A stretch of DNA of 64,000 bases from contig JBCBUK010000001.1 in assembly GCA_039818205.1 (NCBI GenBank), positions 564,460 through 628,459 on the forward strand. The letters are read 5' to 3'. Made by a program: the position numbers and the translations under genes. The notes below the pieces were generated by a model. That model saw only the letters and a program-made list of their open reading frames with translations, did no database searches and was not told where the DNA came from. The stretch's first letter is position 1, and each line of letters begins with the position of its first letter. The stretch is from Verrucomicrobiota bacterium. GTDB lineage: Bacteria > Verrucomicrobiota > Verrucomicrobiia > Opitutales > Cerasicoccaceae. Below are positions 62,553 to 64,000 of the stretch, piece by piece.

Positions 62553-62918
62553 TCATTCCTTCGAGTTGGTCTGGTGCCTCGAAATATCTTCAAGGTAGAT
62601 ATTTTCTGAAGTAGTGCAAATAAGCTCAATCAAAATACCACTCTCTTCTGATAGTTCGCAGCAGCACTCGACCAAAGACTTAATGCCTGAAAAATCTGGC
62701 TCAAAGTGACTCACTCTAATTTCTATTTTTTCTTTGTCGATGCCACTGGCGCTCCCGCATCGATCAAGTTCTCTCTTTAGGTCTTCTTCGATGGCTTGTT
62801 CTGCTGATCGACCATGGCTCAACGCGTAACCGAATTCTTCTTCTATTCTTCTGAATTCATTTTCCTGAAAGAGGCTAACCGCATGGAGGCCAGCTTCGCT
62901 TAACGCTTCGTCTGTCAT
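62553..62918 (-). CDS. Hypothetical protein, gene cassette 3
   Basis: 121-aa acidic ORF filling the space between two attC-like sites. Confidence 0.8.
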   Translation of the reverse strand: MTDEALSEAGLHAVSLFQENEFRRIEEEFGYALSHGRSAEQAIEEDLKRELDRCGSASGIDKEKIEIRVSHFEPDFSGIKSLVECCCELSEESGILIELICTTSENIYLEDISRHQTNSKE

Positions 62919-62921
62919 TTT

Positions 62922-63011
62922 CTTCTGCGTTTAGCGTAACCGGGTGGCGACGGTTGGCGTCGATTTTAAATTCGCCGTGAATCGCCACTCCGGTTCACGC
63001 AGCTGTTATAC
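62922..63011 (-). repeat. attC-like site 2 (R' damaged)
   Basis: Minus strand: R'' GTATAAC containing the stop TAA; GCGTGAACCGG-A-GTGGCGA pairs with TCGCCAC-CCGGTTACGC (extra G and A); the expected GTT reads GCA. Confidence 0.8.
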
Positions 63012-63554
63012 GGCTGTTTTCGTGGTCTCTGCTGCCGCTGGGGCAACTCGCAGGACAAGCCACATGACGACACTGACGATGATCAGTCCACCGTACAAGA
63101 AGCTGACTGACCTGAATGTCATGACACCAAGTAAGTGTGTCTTTCGCCAGTTGTCCCAATCTGAAATTGAATATTCTGTACGGTTACGCATCTCTAGTAG
63201 TGGAAAGTCAGTGGCTTCCCCGGTTTCCGCTGCGTTTCGAAACGACTGGCTATTTACGTGGTCAGAAATGTCTTTGACGCGAACAATGAATGATCGCTGA
63301 ATTCTTCGAAATGAAGCGTCCACGAACCAAAAGAGAAAGGGAATTACGGCGGTCAACCAAAGGTATGGGTGTAGTTGCGACTGCGAAACAGCTAGCCCAA
63401 TACTCGCCGTCCACGTAACGATCGCCCAGTTCTTGATGCTTTTTGTAATTTCGTCTTGTTGGCCGATCGCCTTGTTGACGAGATCAAGCTCCATCTTCAG
63501 CAAATCGAACTGCGTGTCGAACGCTCTTGTCGAATTAGTGACTTCGTCTGCCAT
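63006..63554 (-). CDS. Three-TM membrane protein, gene cassette 2
   Basis: 182 aa; KSIKNWAIVTW, FWFVDASFRRIQR, C-terminal TM; bounded by GTTATACGGC...GCCGTATAAC. Confidence 0.85.
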   Translation of the reverse strand: MADEVTNSTRAFDTQFDLLKMELDLVNKAIGQQDEITKSIKNWAIVTWTASIGLAVSQSQLHPYLWLTAVIPFLFWFVDASFRRIQRSFIVRVKDISDHVNSQSFRNAAETGEATDFPLLEMRNRTEYSISDWDNWRKTHLLGVMTFRSVSFLYGGLIIVSVVMWLVLRVAPAAAETTKTAV

Positions 63555-63591
63555 AGATCATGAATTGTGCGAAAGTGCAATTGGGATTGCC

Positions 63592-63663
63592 GTATAACGT
63601 CAAAGTGTGGCGATGGCTGTGGAGCGGAGCGTAACAGACATTGCCACCACTGCCTTGTTCTGT
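63592..63663 (-). repeat. attC-like site 1 (72 bp)
   Basis: Minus strand: R'' ACAGAAC, AAGGC, L'' AGTGGTGG pairs with L' CCACACT (extra G), TTGAC, R' GTTATAC. Confidence 0.85.
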
Positions 63664-63676
63664 GTAGTTGATTTCT

Positions 63677-64000
63677 TCATATCCAGTCGAAGAAACGGGT
63701 CCTCCAATTTGGAAAATCTGAGTTTCCTTTCATAACTCCGTCGTAATCCTTCTCAAGTTCGTCGTTTGGGATGTAGGTGAATCCTTCCTCGTTGAGAATG
63801 CCTTCTATTCTTTCCATCTCTTCCTCTTCGAATAGATCGCCCCAGCCGATATTCGTCATATCTCCAAAATTGCTGAATCGAAGAGCAGGCTGAATAATGT
63901 AATCCTTTTCTGTATTTTCTCTTTCTTTGAAGATTATCGCTATGCTGAAACTAGCGTCCTGATTGTAGATGGCCCCTTCAAAAACGGTGTGCTCAGATAG
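63677..64000 (-). CDS. Hypothetical protein, gene cassette 1 (5' end outside the window)
   Basis: Frame open to the edge: ...QDASFSIAII...LRFSNFGDM...GFTYIP..L...YDG...WRTRFFDWI*; the track shows only the last 60 aa. Confidence 0.8.
   Translation of the reverse strand, partial: LSEHTVFEGAIYNQDASFSIAIIFKERENTEKDYIIQPALRFSNFGDMTNIGWGDLFEEEEMERIEGILNEEGFTYIPNDELEKDYDGVMKGNSDFPNWRTRFFDWI

Noticed and set aside
62488..63663. CRISPR array or simple terminators
   Set aside because: The repeats are not identical, are separated by whole genes, and carry GTT/AAC ends with bulged stems rather than U-tracts.

Overview
Chromosomal segment of what looks like a marine Verrucomicrobiota (Opitutales-like) bacterium. 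This is inferred from the PEP-CTERM protein, the many sulfatases, the gene order and the protein styles. Left to right: (1) a sulfated-glycan locus (1-14.2 kb) with four sulfatases (one cut by the window edge and absent from the ORF track), a DUF1080 protein, a GH29 fucosidase, a GH42/GH167-like hydrolase and a NarL-type two-component pair; (2) an OmpR-type pair plus a pseudo-receiver, a GNAT and a 962-aa multidomain secreted protein; (3) housekeeping blocks: rplM-rpsI, argCJBDF, rarA, rplY-pth-rpsF-ssb, a NupC-type transporter, a protease/FG-GAP operon, mpg and nuoB-N (no nuoA); (4) tRNA-Ser(GGA) followed by a phage-type tyrosine integrase, marking the start of an island. The most striking signal lies just downstream of that integrase: three short minus-strand genes, each followed by a palindrome with integron attC geometry. 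The middle cassette is bounded by a perfect 10-bp R'/R'' complement and one junction appears to have lost its GTT. This is a cassette array ending head-on against a non-IntI integrase. Other unannotated items: a probable leaderless 46-aa membrane protein, two structured RNA candidates upstream of the rplM region, TTAA-N7-TTAA regulator boxes, and a PEP-CTERM gene whose signal peptide has no canonical start codon.
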